DNA of 64,000 nucleotides from Thalia democratica (Eukaryota): NCBI GenBank assembly GCA_965202585.1, contig OZ241829.1, positions 31,434,001 to 31,498,000 of the forward strand, read 5' to 3'. Shown piece by piece: positions 34,001 to 46,139 of this stretch (position 1 is its first letter; each line of letters starts with the position of its first letter). The notes under the pieces were generated by a model. It saw only the letters and a program-made list of their open reading frames with translations, ran no database searches and was not told where the DNA came from. The position numbers and the translations under genes were made by a program.

Positions 34001-36148
34001 CCAACTTTTGAGCACTTCATTTGCCTTTAAAAGAAAAGATTCGGAAGAATTCAAAATTCTTTCTACAGTTCTGGAAAAATACTCACTTGAAAATTTATCT
34101 ATTCTCGAACTATATTTCAACGAAAAATTTTTCATCGAAAAACACACAAGTGCTGATTTTGACGATGTGAAAAGGTTTAAAGAGGTTCTTTTAAAAAAAG
34201 TATTTCCGGGTTATCCCAAAACTAACAAACGCAGTAATATTTCAGAAAGCTACTGCAGAGGTAAGTTAAATGAAGAAGGTTCGTCTGCTGAAGGTAATTT
34301 GACGTCATATTTCAACGGTTTCCTAATCAAAGTCGATGATAAATGGAAAATAAGAAAGGTCGAAGATAATGAAATTATTTACCAAGAGGTCGACGGACAC
34401 AACGTTGTGGACATGGTGGAGCTTTTGTACGCCTTCCGTTCAAACGGCCGAGAGGACCCTGGCAACTTTAAATCGGTTGATATTCACGCGGAACAATATA
34501 AAATAGGCAAGTTGCTTGCGTTGATCAAAACTAAATACCAGCTGGAAGGAGTCACGAAAGAAGGCGGAAGAGCCATGTTGGACTTTGAAAAGGAGTTTTA
34601 CGACAAGCACGACCTCGGATCAGATCTGGTCCAGAAGGTCACCGACCGGAAGTACGTGTTTGACGAGTTTCAGCACGGCGGAGACGAACTGTATTTCGGA
34701 GCTGACGGAGAAAAGCGTGAGGTTTACAAGCGTTTTGGGAACGCTTCGTTTGCATGGGTTTTCGATAGGCACCTCGGAGATTTTCTTGGCATCGGGTTGT
34801 TTTATAACCAACTGCGAGATCAATTTGATGCAAAAGACATGATCAAAGAGTTGATCGAAGGTTTAAAAGAAAGAAGATTGTACTCAAACGCTGAAAAGGA
34901 GCAAGTTGAAGGAAACGAAGAAACAGCAGCTGTGGAAAGAGCAACTGAGAAAAATGCTGATATTGAACAATCTGTTTCAATGACGGGTAATTTTCTATAT
35001 TGATTCTAAATTGTTTTAAACTTAATGTAGACAACTCGTCTAACATTATAAATAGTAACTTATTGCATAATGCTAAACTCTAAGGTACTTTCAAGTAAAT
35101 TATTTTAATTTCCTTAAGTTAAAGCAGAAAAGTATCATTTAACTTTTTTTATGTTTTGTGTAAAACTTTGTAAAAAATTGTTCATTTGACCGAAAAAGTA
35201 GGTTTATAACAGCTCATATCTTAAAAAGCAGAATACTCTACTGAAAGTCTAAAACCACACCAAACTGGTAGAGACAAAAATACAAAGCTCAAAATGAACA
35301 ACAAACAAATCGAAAGAACTGAAATATTACCGAATAAATTTTCTAATAAGAAAGTAAGTTGTGTTTATTGACATTAGAAATTCCCTTTTATATGACTAAA
35401 CAGTTTTATTAAAAAGCTTGAACACACAACAAGAAAAAAAAACTTAAATTCTGTATTAAACTTTGCTTCCTGGTGATTACAATAAACAAAATATTTCATT
35501 GTAAAGTCAATCCAACCTATTATAAACTAAAGTTTTTTAATTAATTTCTGTACAGCTACCTTGTAATGCACACCTGAAAAGAGCAATGAAAGTAAATAAA
35601 GAAAGTTACAAGTATTGGAAGCCATTTTGTAATCCGAATGGTTCATATAAAACTACTGAAAAAATTGTGAGTTGTGTAAGAAATGCTATTAACCTAGTTA
35701 CTACAAACTGCTTACTTTATATAAATAATTTAGAAACACGCAACTTTATTTTTACACGCATATTTATATTATGAGAATTCTGTACTTTTAGTAACTTGCA
35801 CTTTTTGATAATGTTTTAGTTGGATAAAACAGTTTAATTATTTAAACATATTATTTAAAAAAAAAGTCAAAGAAATTCATTGTTTGTTAATAATACAATA
35901 ATAAAGTTAGTAATGGTATAAAGCAAAAATAAAATATTTATATTAGTTTGTTTAAAATGTTATATTAAAGTGAAGTTATAGTTGTTATTTATTCTTAAGA
36001 TTTTTTTTTGTATTTTAATAGCAAATGAAAATCTATAATATAAGAATATAAGAATATATATTTACAGTGTAGAAAAAGAAGATGTTGGTGTGTCGACAAT
36101 AAAGGAATGTTCATGAAACAAATATTCAAAACTTCTGAAACTTGTTAA
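33963..36148 (+). CDS. Unannotated secreted protein (445 aa): signal peptide, unrecognised ~320-aa domain, C-terminal thyroglobulin type-1 (thyropin-like) domain
   Basis: Exons 33963-34986 (G|gtaatt), 35232-35353 (cag|, |gtaagt), 35556-35666 (cag|, |gtgagt), 36068-36148 (cag|, TAA). Phases 1/0/0 are consistent and the frame is open. N-terminus MKTLSLITLVLFCQLLSTSFA is signal-peptide-like. C-terminus LPCNAHLKRAMKVNKESYKYWKPFCNPNGSYKTTEKICRKRRCWCVDNKGMFMKQIFKTSETC has six Cys, PxCxxxGxY and the diagnostic CWCVD. AATAAA at 36361. Confidence 0.85.
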
Positions 36149-36800
36149 AATTAACAACCACATCTATTCTTTTTTCATTCTAATTCTATTAATTTTAAGA
36201 TAATTTAAACATTTTTGACTCGAAGTAAATTTATTTAGTATTTGTCAGCTAAGCAACTGCTTACAAACATCGTATTTGTTTTACTCTGTGCTGAGAATAG
36301 AATTTTTTTTTGTTCAATATAATTTAGAAATAATTAAAACTTATGCGTTAAGTTAAATAGAATAAACCATTCGTTTAAGCATTTTTCATTATTAACTAAT
36401 AAAATGTTTGTTTATTTAGAATGTTGTTACCTTTGTAAAGCTACAATTTCGTTTCACAAGTATAAAACACTTTTGTGTGTTGTAAACCTTATACGTGCTC
36501 GCTTAGTTTGTTTATTAAAATAAATATAAGGTAACATAAAAATAAATTGACAAGTTAGAATTTGAAATAAAAATTAAACTATAATCATATATTTTTTTTT
36601 GTAATTTAAGAAAATGTTTATATGAAAGGGTTATGACACAATCCTATGTAATTTACCTATACATGTTAAATAAAATTAAACTCAATAAAACAATTATAAA
36701 ACTGTTGCATTTTCAGTGGCAAAAGTTTAAAGTATTCAGGTACTTAAACTTTTCTTGAAGTTACTCAAGATTGTTTAAAGTAAGAAAATTATAAACATCT

Positions 36801-38070
36801 CAATGTAAACAAACTTGAATACTTGTATTACATTTTCAAGACAAGTGAAATTGAAAAAAAAAAGCAATTAACACGTTTAATTTCTATTGTAGTAGTTTCA
36901 AAATGTTTATTTATACAAACTGTGTCAAAGTTAAACCAGCTCTTTAGTCTTTATTTCAATAGACAGATATTATTCTGGTTTTATAAAAAAAAGTAGCAAC
37001 TGTGAAAAAAAATTATTTCAAGTACAGTTACAAGTAAGCTTTATGTAAAGAGTTGTGCGTACAACAAATTTTGATAATTAGTTTTAAAGTGTTCACCTGC
37101 CAATGTTTTTAACACCAGCACCTTATATGCTCGCACTTTTTACCTTGGTTTAACTCGATAATATAAGACAGTTGAAGAAACTGTAATTTTAACAAGCTTC
37201 ATTTTTCCTTTAGTACATATACATGTTAGGCAATGGAATATTGGCAAGATAATAACCGAATATACACTTGTGGCAGCATTTAATATTTAAAATCAAGAAA
37301 AAGACTTATATTTAAAATGTTCTTTTTTTAAATAAAATCACTTTCAGTTTTTCAGCACTTCAAAAGTACCAACTTAATATTTTTACAAGACTTTCGAAAA
37401 AGGTAGCTTAAGGTAACAAATAGGGAATCAGTAAGTTTTCAAATACAAGCTGTCTGACAATATTCGAACATACTAATTTGTAATTTAACCGAAAAAAGTT
37501 CTTAAAAGGGTGATTTAAATCAATAGCTATATTTAGTTATCAGTAGCGGTTTTGTTTTTACTTCAAAAATATTTAAACTTGAAGCTATTTTTGCTATAAA
37601 GTTCTATAGGAAAACCTAACTTACTTGTTATTAAAAATTAACTTTTATTCGGGTGTTAAACAAGAGTGGTTATTAAAGTAATTGTTTAATAGAAAAAGCA
37701 AGTTTTAAGCAGTTTAATTTGGTGTAAATTAAAAAAAATAAATAATATTAAAGCTTTTGTTGCAACTACAACTAGATAGAAAAAAAAGCACATTGTGTTT
37801 ATTAATAAAAACTGTAAATAAATAATCACAGTAAAAATTCATCACAGTAAAGCACGCTGAAAAAGCAAGAACAATAAAATAGAGGCACAGAGTTTACACA
37901 TTTAATATATCTTCACAGTTAAGTAATATTTGCTACAAAATCTTTTACAGAAGCTTAAATAAGTAACAACTTTTAATTAAACGTACAACACTTTTATAAA
38001 AGTATCCGTGTTGAAGCTAACTTAATTTATCATAACGATGATATATTAACTTTCATCATTTAATCCTTCA
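36801..38070. repeat. Right arm (1.27 kb, uninterrupted) of the inverted duplication; carries an antisense copy of the CFAP47 3'UTR
   Basis: Continuous reverse-complement match to the left arm once the two TEs are removed. Identity is roughly 85-90% by eye (estimate). Confidence 0.95.
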
Positions 38071-38577
38071 AATTTTCGTAAGAGACAAAGTGATTAAATA
38101 AACATGCGTATTACCTATTCAAAGAAACAAGTTATTTTTTTATAAGACGATCAAAGTACTTTTTATTGTCCTCACGCTTTTAACTTGTATTTCACAATTA
38201 ATTCGCAGATTTTTACTATAAACAAAAACTTTCTCTTTCTCTCAGATTTGGACTATTAATGAAAGTTCGTATTTAGTTCAATTAAATTTTAACATGCTCT
38301 GTAAGTTTAACTTTTTACTACCAGTTCTCTCACATTTATTGTTTATAAAAAGGAACTACAGGTACAATGTGATTTTAGTATTTTTAGACTATTAAAATAG
38401 TTTTAGGTCAACTGCATAGTGTTTTTTGTGAAGCCTTAATTAAAAATTAATAAAATGTTACTGAACTGAATAAACTAAATAAGTTTCGTCATAGGCTATT
38501 GCAAGTTTACTTTATTGAGCAAAAAACATGACATTTTGCTTACACATTTAGGCTTTTCTGTGGCATATATTTATTAA

Positions 38578-38985
38578 ATGATACAGAAAACTTAAAAATG
38601 TAAACCAAATATTACAACATCTGGAAACAGATTTTTAAATTTGATGTTTTTGTGTTATTATGATGTTTTGTTTGCATATTTAAAGTTTCTGTATTATAAA
38701 TTTATAAAATGATAAAGAAAATTTATATATGTGAACATTATTTCACTAACTTGAAACAAATTGTAAGTATTAAAATTATAAGCATATGATGATGTTTTGT
38801 TTACATATTTAAGTATTTCTGTATCATATAACTTTCATTATTTTAATAATAAGAAACTTGTATATTTGAACCAGATTTCAATAACTTTTTTAACAAACGT
38901 TTTAAATATCCAATATTTTTTTTATTGTGAAGATTTTTGTATGCATATTTAAGTGTTTCTGTATCACTTATCTATAAAATGATAT
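38578..38985. repeat. Degenerate ~130-bp tandem repeat (3 units) preceded by one inverted unit
   Basis: gatgttttgtttrcatatttaa(a)gtnttctgtat at ~38662, ~38791 and ~38930. Inverted copy atgatacagaaaacttaaaaatgtaaac at 38578. Confidence 0.6.
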
Positions 38986-40370
38986 AGTTAGTTTAAGTAT
39001 ATGAGACAGTTTAACTATTTTCTTTTTGTATATATAAAAGCTGTTTTTTATTTTAACGATTTTAGGATCTTTGATTTTATATTAAAGTTAGTCTGTTTAT
39101 TAAAGTTATTAATAATTCAGAAAGCTTAAACATAAATGTTAAATTTAACTAATTTAATAAAGTTATTTAGAAAGTATTTTTTTAAACTTCTAATGTATAA
39201 AACTATGTTTTTTTTCAACTTTATTTAAGTTTTATCTAGCAGAAACTCTAAAGAAAAAGTCTTAAATAATAGTTATATGTAGTTTTTTGTAATATTTTTC
39301 ACTAACTTTGATCAACGGAAAGTTTAACATACTATAATTTTATACTAAAGATAGACTTTAGGGTATTCAAATTTTTTTCTTTTTTGATATGCCTTAGAAC
39401 ACACTTAAAGAGCATAAATTTAAGAAATACTTATAAGTGATACTTGATGACCGATGTCATTACACTTTTTTAATAAGGTTTCTTGATTCAATTTAAAGAA
39501 GACACTATCTAAATGTAATTAGTTCTAAATTAATTTTTAAATCTAGTGGTTGTAAGCAATGTAGTTTTTTTTAGATTTTTAAACAGTTTTTTAAATTATT
39601 TGTAACGTATTTGCTTTAAAAAAGAGATATAAAAATGTGTCAGAACTAATTAAAAATATTTTTTTTCGGTATGAAAAGTATGTTCCGTAGAACTAAATTA
39701 GTTAACTAGCTTCTTAAGATTTTATAAATTAGATGTCATTGAAATAATTGCCATAAAATTTTTATGTTTTGAATTTAAGTATTTATTAGATGTAATATAT
39801 ATTAGAGACATATAATGTTTGTTACATACTTCATAAGTTTCTTGTAAGTTCTTAGCTCTGCTAATTAAAAAAAGTCCCTAATCTAGAAATTATCTATAAC
39901 CAGAAAAAGCTAAATACAGAGCTCAAGCAAACTTAGCTGCAATTAGCTCAAAACTTTGACCTATATTCGTTTTCTTTAGACATTGTTAAGTTTTTTTTTT
40001 CAATTTTATATAGATATAGTTATCTCAATTTCGGTATAGAATAAGATTTATAGCAAAATTTATACTAAAATAATCCTAAAAACTTGTTCCTTCAAAAACA
40101 TGGGGTTACTCTTTAAGTTACCTTACATTTTAATGATTATAGTTGTTCATGTAGAGAGGGCAACAAGAAAAATGTGAACGTACATGATCTTGAAAATTGA
40201 AATCTTTGGGAGGAGACGGTGTGGTGCCCATGGTAGAATATGGTTTTCATAGTAAATATTGGCAGTAGTGGGTTTAAAATAGAGTGCAACCCATTTTTTC
40301 TAAAAGTATTAATTTCTTTATTTAATTTATATTAATCTTAAACTTAGATTTAGTTAAAATTGTAAATAAA

Positions 40371-41896
40371 TAGGTTTTCCACACGGTCAGGAACTCAAGA
40401 AAAGTCAGGAAAAACTAAAAAAAAATGACAAAAGTCAGGAAAGGTCAAGAAAAAATAAAGTTTTTTGAAAAAAAGTCAAAAAGGAATTGTCAGGAAATTT
40501 GACAAAATTAAAAAAAAAAAGGTCAGATTTTGTCAATTTAATTTACAAAATTCCTTGTTTTCTAAAGCCTTCAAATAGTAACAAATTAGTTAAAAATACT
40601 TTAAAGTCAGACTAAAATTGCAAAATTTTCCTAGAAATGTACAAAATTATTTAATATCCAATTATTTTGTCTAGTATAAGTTAATAAAATATCCTTTATA
40701 AAATTGCAAAATTTTCTAACAACATATTGAACAACTACCCTACTTGAACAAGCAGTTTTTTTAATGCTCTTTAGTATTGATGGTCTGTGGCAATAACACT
40801 TCCATTGTGAGACTGTGATATATACACCAAAATTTCTTGCATTTCTTTAGTTATGTGATATCTCTTATGCAGCCTTTTTTAATATTGTACCAGAGTACCC
40901 AGCCTCTTGTTGCCTTTTTGCATGAGGACATTTCATGCTTGGTAATTAAATTGCTGTGCATCATTATGAAAGAAGTGATAGTTACAAACTTCGGCTTAAC
41001 CACTTATTCAAGGATTAATTAATTGATCAAGCTTTCCTAAAACATGCCCTTGATCTTGGTTGTGCTGCAACCAATTTGCTTGCAATTTTGAGGAAAAAAG
41101 ACCTAGTTGAGGAACAAAAAGTCTTAAATTAAAAAAAAAAAGTAGATTTGTTAGTTATAAAAGCAGTTGAAAATCTCTGGAGCAGAAAGGCCATTGGAAG
41201 TACATTTGTATAAAATATGTCATGCCTAAATCTGCATAGCCATTAAAAATTAGGAGTCACAATTGTTGTTGAGTGTTTTGCTAACATTGTGCACTCCTTA
41301 ACATAGTAAAATAAGTGCTCCAACTCTGAAGGTGATACTAGCATTGAACAATTAAGAACTTTGGTAAGTTGTCCGATGAATGCATTAAAGTTCAAGAGTT
41401 TCAAGCGAATGGAAGATTGTTTTGACCAGTTCTATTTTGGAATATTGAAATTTCCTGCCAAATCATCTCTCGGAAAATTGTTGCAACCATTATTTGTGTT
41501 GCACAATGAACAGGCTGAGGTCGAACCAGATTAAGTATTAACAAAGCTCTGCTTGAAAACAGTATGAAATGAGAAAGTATTACATCAAGAAAAAGAGTTA
41601 AACATTATATTTATGCATACTAACTAGAACTGTATCAAATTACAAAATAAAATTATTTTGCTGATAGAGCTGTTTATTGCAAATACATCAATCATACACA
41701 GATGGTTCAAGTGATGTAATAGAAGTTAGATGATTGAATCTTTTGCAATTAATTTTTTTTGAAGGGTCTACTTGAATTTTTGGAATAAATTAAAATCTTT
41801 TAAATCTTGGGTTAGTATTTTTGAATTGGTTTTTATCAAGCATTTGAGTCAGGAAAAGTCGGGAAATTTTTTACAGCCTGATCTGTTGCAACCCTG
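40371..41896 (+). mobile_element. Decayed hAT element with transposase remnants
   Basis: Termini taggttttccac...gttgcaaccctg. Remnant frames LHFFSYVISLMQPFLILYQSTQPLVAFLHEDI (40837+) and DQFYFGIL...LFVLHNEQAEVE../SINKALLE (~41420-41560) resemble hAT transposase C-terminal (dimerisation) motifs. Stops and frameshifts are present. Confidence 0.75.
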
Positions 41897-44188
41897 TTTA
41901 TTAGCTATATGGCATTTAATTCCAGTTAAACCAAAGTATGAGACATCCATACTTCTACTAATAGTCTGATAGGGTCAGTTTTAAGGAGCTCAATCACTTC
42001 ATGACATGCCCAAATGCAATGATCAATCTTTTCAAAATATGAAGTTAAAAATTGTGTTATTGTTTCAAGTTTCTAATACATTATCAAAAAGTCACTGATG
42101 TTTGCTTTTAGAATTTTACCAAAGTGCTGCAACATTATTACTTGATCTAAAGCGCGTAAAATTCACAGTTGTTTGTTCTTTATAAAGCATTTTTGATTTA
42201 AAGCTAGTTAAAATTTTCGAAGGTTAGTATTAGTGATAGTTATTTGTGAATGGGAAATGTTTAAGTAGGTGATTATTTTTTTTCATACTCATCAGACATC
42301 AAGTTTCTTCTAGCCCTCTTCAGTTTGAAGACAGAGGAACTTGGTTTTATTATAAACATGTTTTTTTGCCAATTGAACTTCAATGAAAAGAAATTAATTT
42401 TGAACAGTATAATTCTGATCATTGTGTAAGTAGTCAGAAACTTTGTTAGATCAACTAAAAGCACCAAAATGATTTTGATTTTAAAAAAACTAAATTTCAA
42501 AAGTTTTTGTTCCTCTGTACAACAGGTAGCAAAATCCAAACATTGCAATAACATAAAATCAGTAGAATTTTAGAATTTACATTATAAAGATTTGATATAA
42601 AATTTTTAAAGCCTCTTATTTAATCTAAAAAAAAATCTTAAGGTTAGACCAAAACTTAGGGCCAAACTACTTAAATGAGTTTTGATCAGTTCTTGGTTTT
42701 ATAATATCAAATGTTAGGTTTTTGTTTGTATTTTGTTTTTAGAATGAGTTGAAGAATCAAGTGTTTATTTACTGTGGTCAATACCAGCTCCAATTTAAGT
42801 ACTCTGCATCAAGTTAGATACTTGTAAATCAAACATCTTGTTATACTTTAGCGGAAAAATCTTTATAAACAAATGGTTAGAGCTGACACATGGCAAACTT
42901 GTCTCACACTTTATTTGTTATTCAGGCAATTGTTTTCAAGTAACAGTCAGCAGCACCATCCCAAGCAGATATACATAATGAAAGTGTTGACCTCCTAACA
43001 AAAAAACTATACAATACACCATTGTTAGAGTACTTAAACCCAAAAGGTGTCTCAATTTAAACATAACAACTCCAAGAAAGCTTTGATTTTAGGCACCTTA
43101 AACAAAACCTCAAATTTAGTTTGTTTATCAAAACGTGGCTTAGAAATTTTACTTTAAACTTAGGCTAGTTTTTAGTCACCAAGGCTGGCTTTTTAGCAAC
43201 TATTTAAAAGCAGCAAAATCTTAATAATAAACAAGAAGAAAAAAGAGGTTATTATCACTATAACAATGAAACTTAAAAATCAAAAAGTAATTTTAAATAT
43301 ACTATATAAATATTTACTGTACTTCCTTATAATTAGGTAAGTGAACATTAAAACTTTTGAGAGGTCTAAATCTATTTTTTACAAAAACTAACATTAGCTC
43401 ATACTTAAAAGCTTAACTTTTTATAAAATTTAAATTAAAATAATTTTCTTAAAGTTATGTTACCTTTAAAAAAAAATTCCTTATAGTTTAGAGATGGGCA
43501 ATATTTTTAAGTTAGCAGACCAGATGTGTAAAGGTTTAGTCTTTGAAGAGGGACAAAATTTCTCAGTTTCACTTAATAAACAAAAATTTGTCTTACAATC
43601 AATTGTTCATTTTAGTAAAATACTAGTTCTATGTGACTTCTTTTTTACACTGTTTCTAATCTTCTGTAAATTGTATCTAAAACTTTTATTTTCCATTTCA
43701 AATCCCAGAATAAGTAGTGTAGTTTTAAAATTAAGCCTCAGTTAGTTTTATCTTTTGTGTTCTGGATTCCACTTAAACCTTGTAAACATTGGTAAGCTAG
43801 ATCCGGTCAGTAGTGGCTGTATTTTGCTCATCTCTACTGTAGATACATATAGAAAAAAAAAAACTTTTCATTACCAGTTTTATTTCATCTATTTCAAAAA
43901 TATTTAAAAATCTAAGTTTTTCCACAGTTTTAAAGCAATTTGTTTCAATATTTTAAGTATTTTTTTTATAAAAAATACAAACAACTAATATTAAATAAAT
44001 TGTTCAAAAATTTATGACCAGTTTATAAAAACTATGGTTTTGGTGAAGTTAAAATATATTTTTCCTACAAGTAGTTCATGATTTATTAAAGATTAGACTT
44101 GAAAATTTTTAAATGATTGCTCAAAAACTGGAGGAAAAAATTTTTAGTGAAGTAGTCTAGTTGGGTTTTTAGTTTGATTTTCCATTAA

Positions 44189-44818
44189 GGGCATAGGGGG
44201 AAGTAAATCACCCTTCACTATTTAGTCTTATTTAATTGAGTTTTAACTTTAAACTTAAAATATTTTTTGAGATATAGCCAATCAAAGTCTGAGATTACAG
44301 TAGGTTCCTTTTGGGAGATGCAAACTAAAACGGCAAATAACTAGAAAACACTAAAAATCTCTCTCCTACTTTTTTTAAGATTAATACCTCAAACTTCCAA
44401 AAAATGTTCATTGCAATATTTAAAAAAATCTGTCTGAACAAAATTAAAAATATATATATGACAAAAATCAAAAAAAAAGTGTTTTTTTATTTTATTTTTT
44501 ATACAAATTTTTATTTTTCAATTTTTTTAAAATTCCTTGCAACAGAAATTTTTTAAATTATGCAAAGAACATTTTCTGAAAGTTTGAGGTATTTATCTCA
44601 AAAAACGTAGGGGAAGATAGATTCTTAGTGAAATTGTCTTTTTTTGAGGTCTTAGTTTGTGCTTCCCATAAGGAACCTAATGTTGCCTCCGACTTTGACC
44701 TTCTGTATCTCAAAAAAAAATTTGAATTTTTAAATCTGTTAAAAGCTTCTCATAGTTTAGTTAAAACTATAAAATGAGATCAAATTGTGAAAAAAGTGGA
44801 AATTTCTTCCATATGCCC
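44189..44818. mobile_element. TTAA-flanked foldback element, Kolobok-like (630 bp)
   Basis: TTAA|GGGCATAGGGGGAAG ... CTTCCATATGCCC|TTAA. Long imperfect internal inverted repeats (gtaggttccttttgggag vs cttcccataaggaaccta). Purine-start termini with a TTAA TSD fit Kolobok rather than piggyBac (CCC). Confidence 0.7.
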
Positions 44819-45490
44819 TTAAAAATCAATTAAACTTTCCAAATTTGATCTAGTTTATTTCAAAAGTTAATTTTAGTTTTAAATATTGGTATTAAACAAA
44901 TGGTAGCTTAGTTACTGTTGTAAAAAATAAGGCTGTTTTTTTTTTGAAAAAAAAAGGTTTACTTCCATCCATGGCCATATTTAAAAATGATTTATTATGA
45001 ATACAGATCAAACAAGCAACAGTCAAAACATAAATTCTTTTTTTTTTGCAAATTAAAAACTGTAGAATAATATATTTATTTATTTCTTTTTCAGCAAACT
45101 AGTTTTTTTAAAAATCTAGTTTTTTAGGTGACAAAGAGCAAAACAAACTCTATTTATGACTAATAATAGTAAAACCAGCTTATAACTGTTTTCAACAATA
45201 AATTCTATATGTTTATAAAATCTCAATAAACATCAATGGTAATCAACTTTCCCTCTATCAGAAGTTATTAAATTGTATTTGAAAAATTCAACTGTTTTAA
45301 TTTTTCAAACATCATTAAAATGCATAGTTTTCTATTTTTCTAATACATAGTTTAACCAAATACCTGAAACTATTTAGTTACTCAAGAAATTTTTTATTTA
45401 TAGCTTTAGTTTTATTAATTTACTTTAAAGTTGTAAGTTTAATCAAAATCATATAAAAATTAATGATTACTTTTAGATTTATGATAATAA

Positions 45491-45610
45491 CAGGGTTGCC
45501 ACACACTCATGATACTCATGATATTGCAGGATATTTTGAAATTCTAGAAAAATTCAGGATAACTAAGGATATTTTTTTTTTTTTTAATCAGGATGGCTCC
45601 GGACAGTTTT
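45491..45610 (+). mobile_element. Orphan hAT-like left end
   Basis: CAGGGTTGCCACAC followed by repeated cagga-type subterminal motifs. No matching right end found. Confidence 0.45.
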
Positions 45611-46139
45611 GATTTTTTTTAAATCTCAGTTCAGATTTTTTTGTAAATCTAGAATGAGATTTAGTTGATCCAGTTATAACATTTTGTTATTTTATAGAAC
45701 CAATATGTTCAAGAACATGATTTTTATTAATTTTGGAATGTATGTTTAAAAAAAATTCATTTTTGGGGCTAGTTCTTAACTATTTTTAGGTTCTTGTATT
45801 ATGGTTTTTGTTTTAAATCTCAAGTTAATATTTATCATGTATCGAGTTAATACTGAACTGTTTAATTTGAGTTGAAGTTAACATTTAAGTTAACTTATAT
45901 GCATTCAAGTGAGTACTTTATGTGGTAAATTAAAGTTAGGCAATTAAAATGTCCAACACATTTTTTACAAAAAAATAGCTTTGGCTTTTATTTGAAACCT
46001 TTAAGTACAAATTACAAGCCAGTTTGTATAGAATTCAAAAATATCATTTATATTTTGACATGTTTTATTTTTTGTAAAAAGTTTCCGATACAAATGTATG
46101 AACCGCAAATTTTTTGGGGTCATTTTTCTCAAAAATTTA

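Noticed and set aside
33963-35003. Single-exon, recently horizontally acquired 346-aa gene
   Set aside because: A donor at 34987 leads in phase to three further exons with host-type splice signals and a metazoan Tg1 domain. An older foreign origin of exon 1 remains untested.
29062-38070. Giant TIR transposon (Mutator/Foldback/Polinton) carrying the Tg1 gene
   Set aside because: There is no TSD at the outer ends and no transposase or polymerase. The arm starts 15 nt after the CFAP47 stop and contains a plausible native poly(A) signal. I kept it as an inverted duplication instead.
40205-40295. tRNA gene or SINE head (ggagacggtgtggtgcccatgg...)
   Set aside because: The A-box is plausible but the B-box is badly degenerate, and no cloverleaf can be folded. 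The same applies to the relics at 61237 and 62229, so no functional tRNA is called.
42880-43850. Small exons of an additional gene (GC-richer patches near 42900 and 43800)
   Set aside because: No phase-consistent chain or recognisable peptide on either strand; stops occur in the frames tested.
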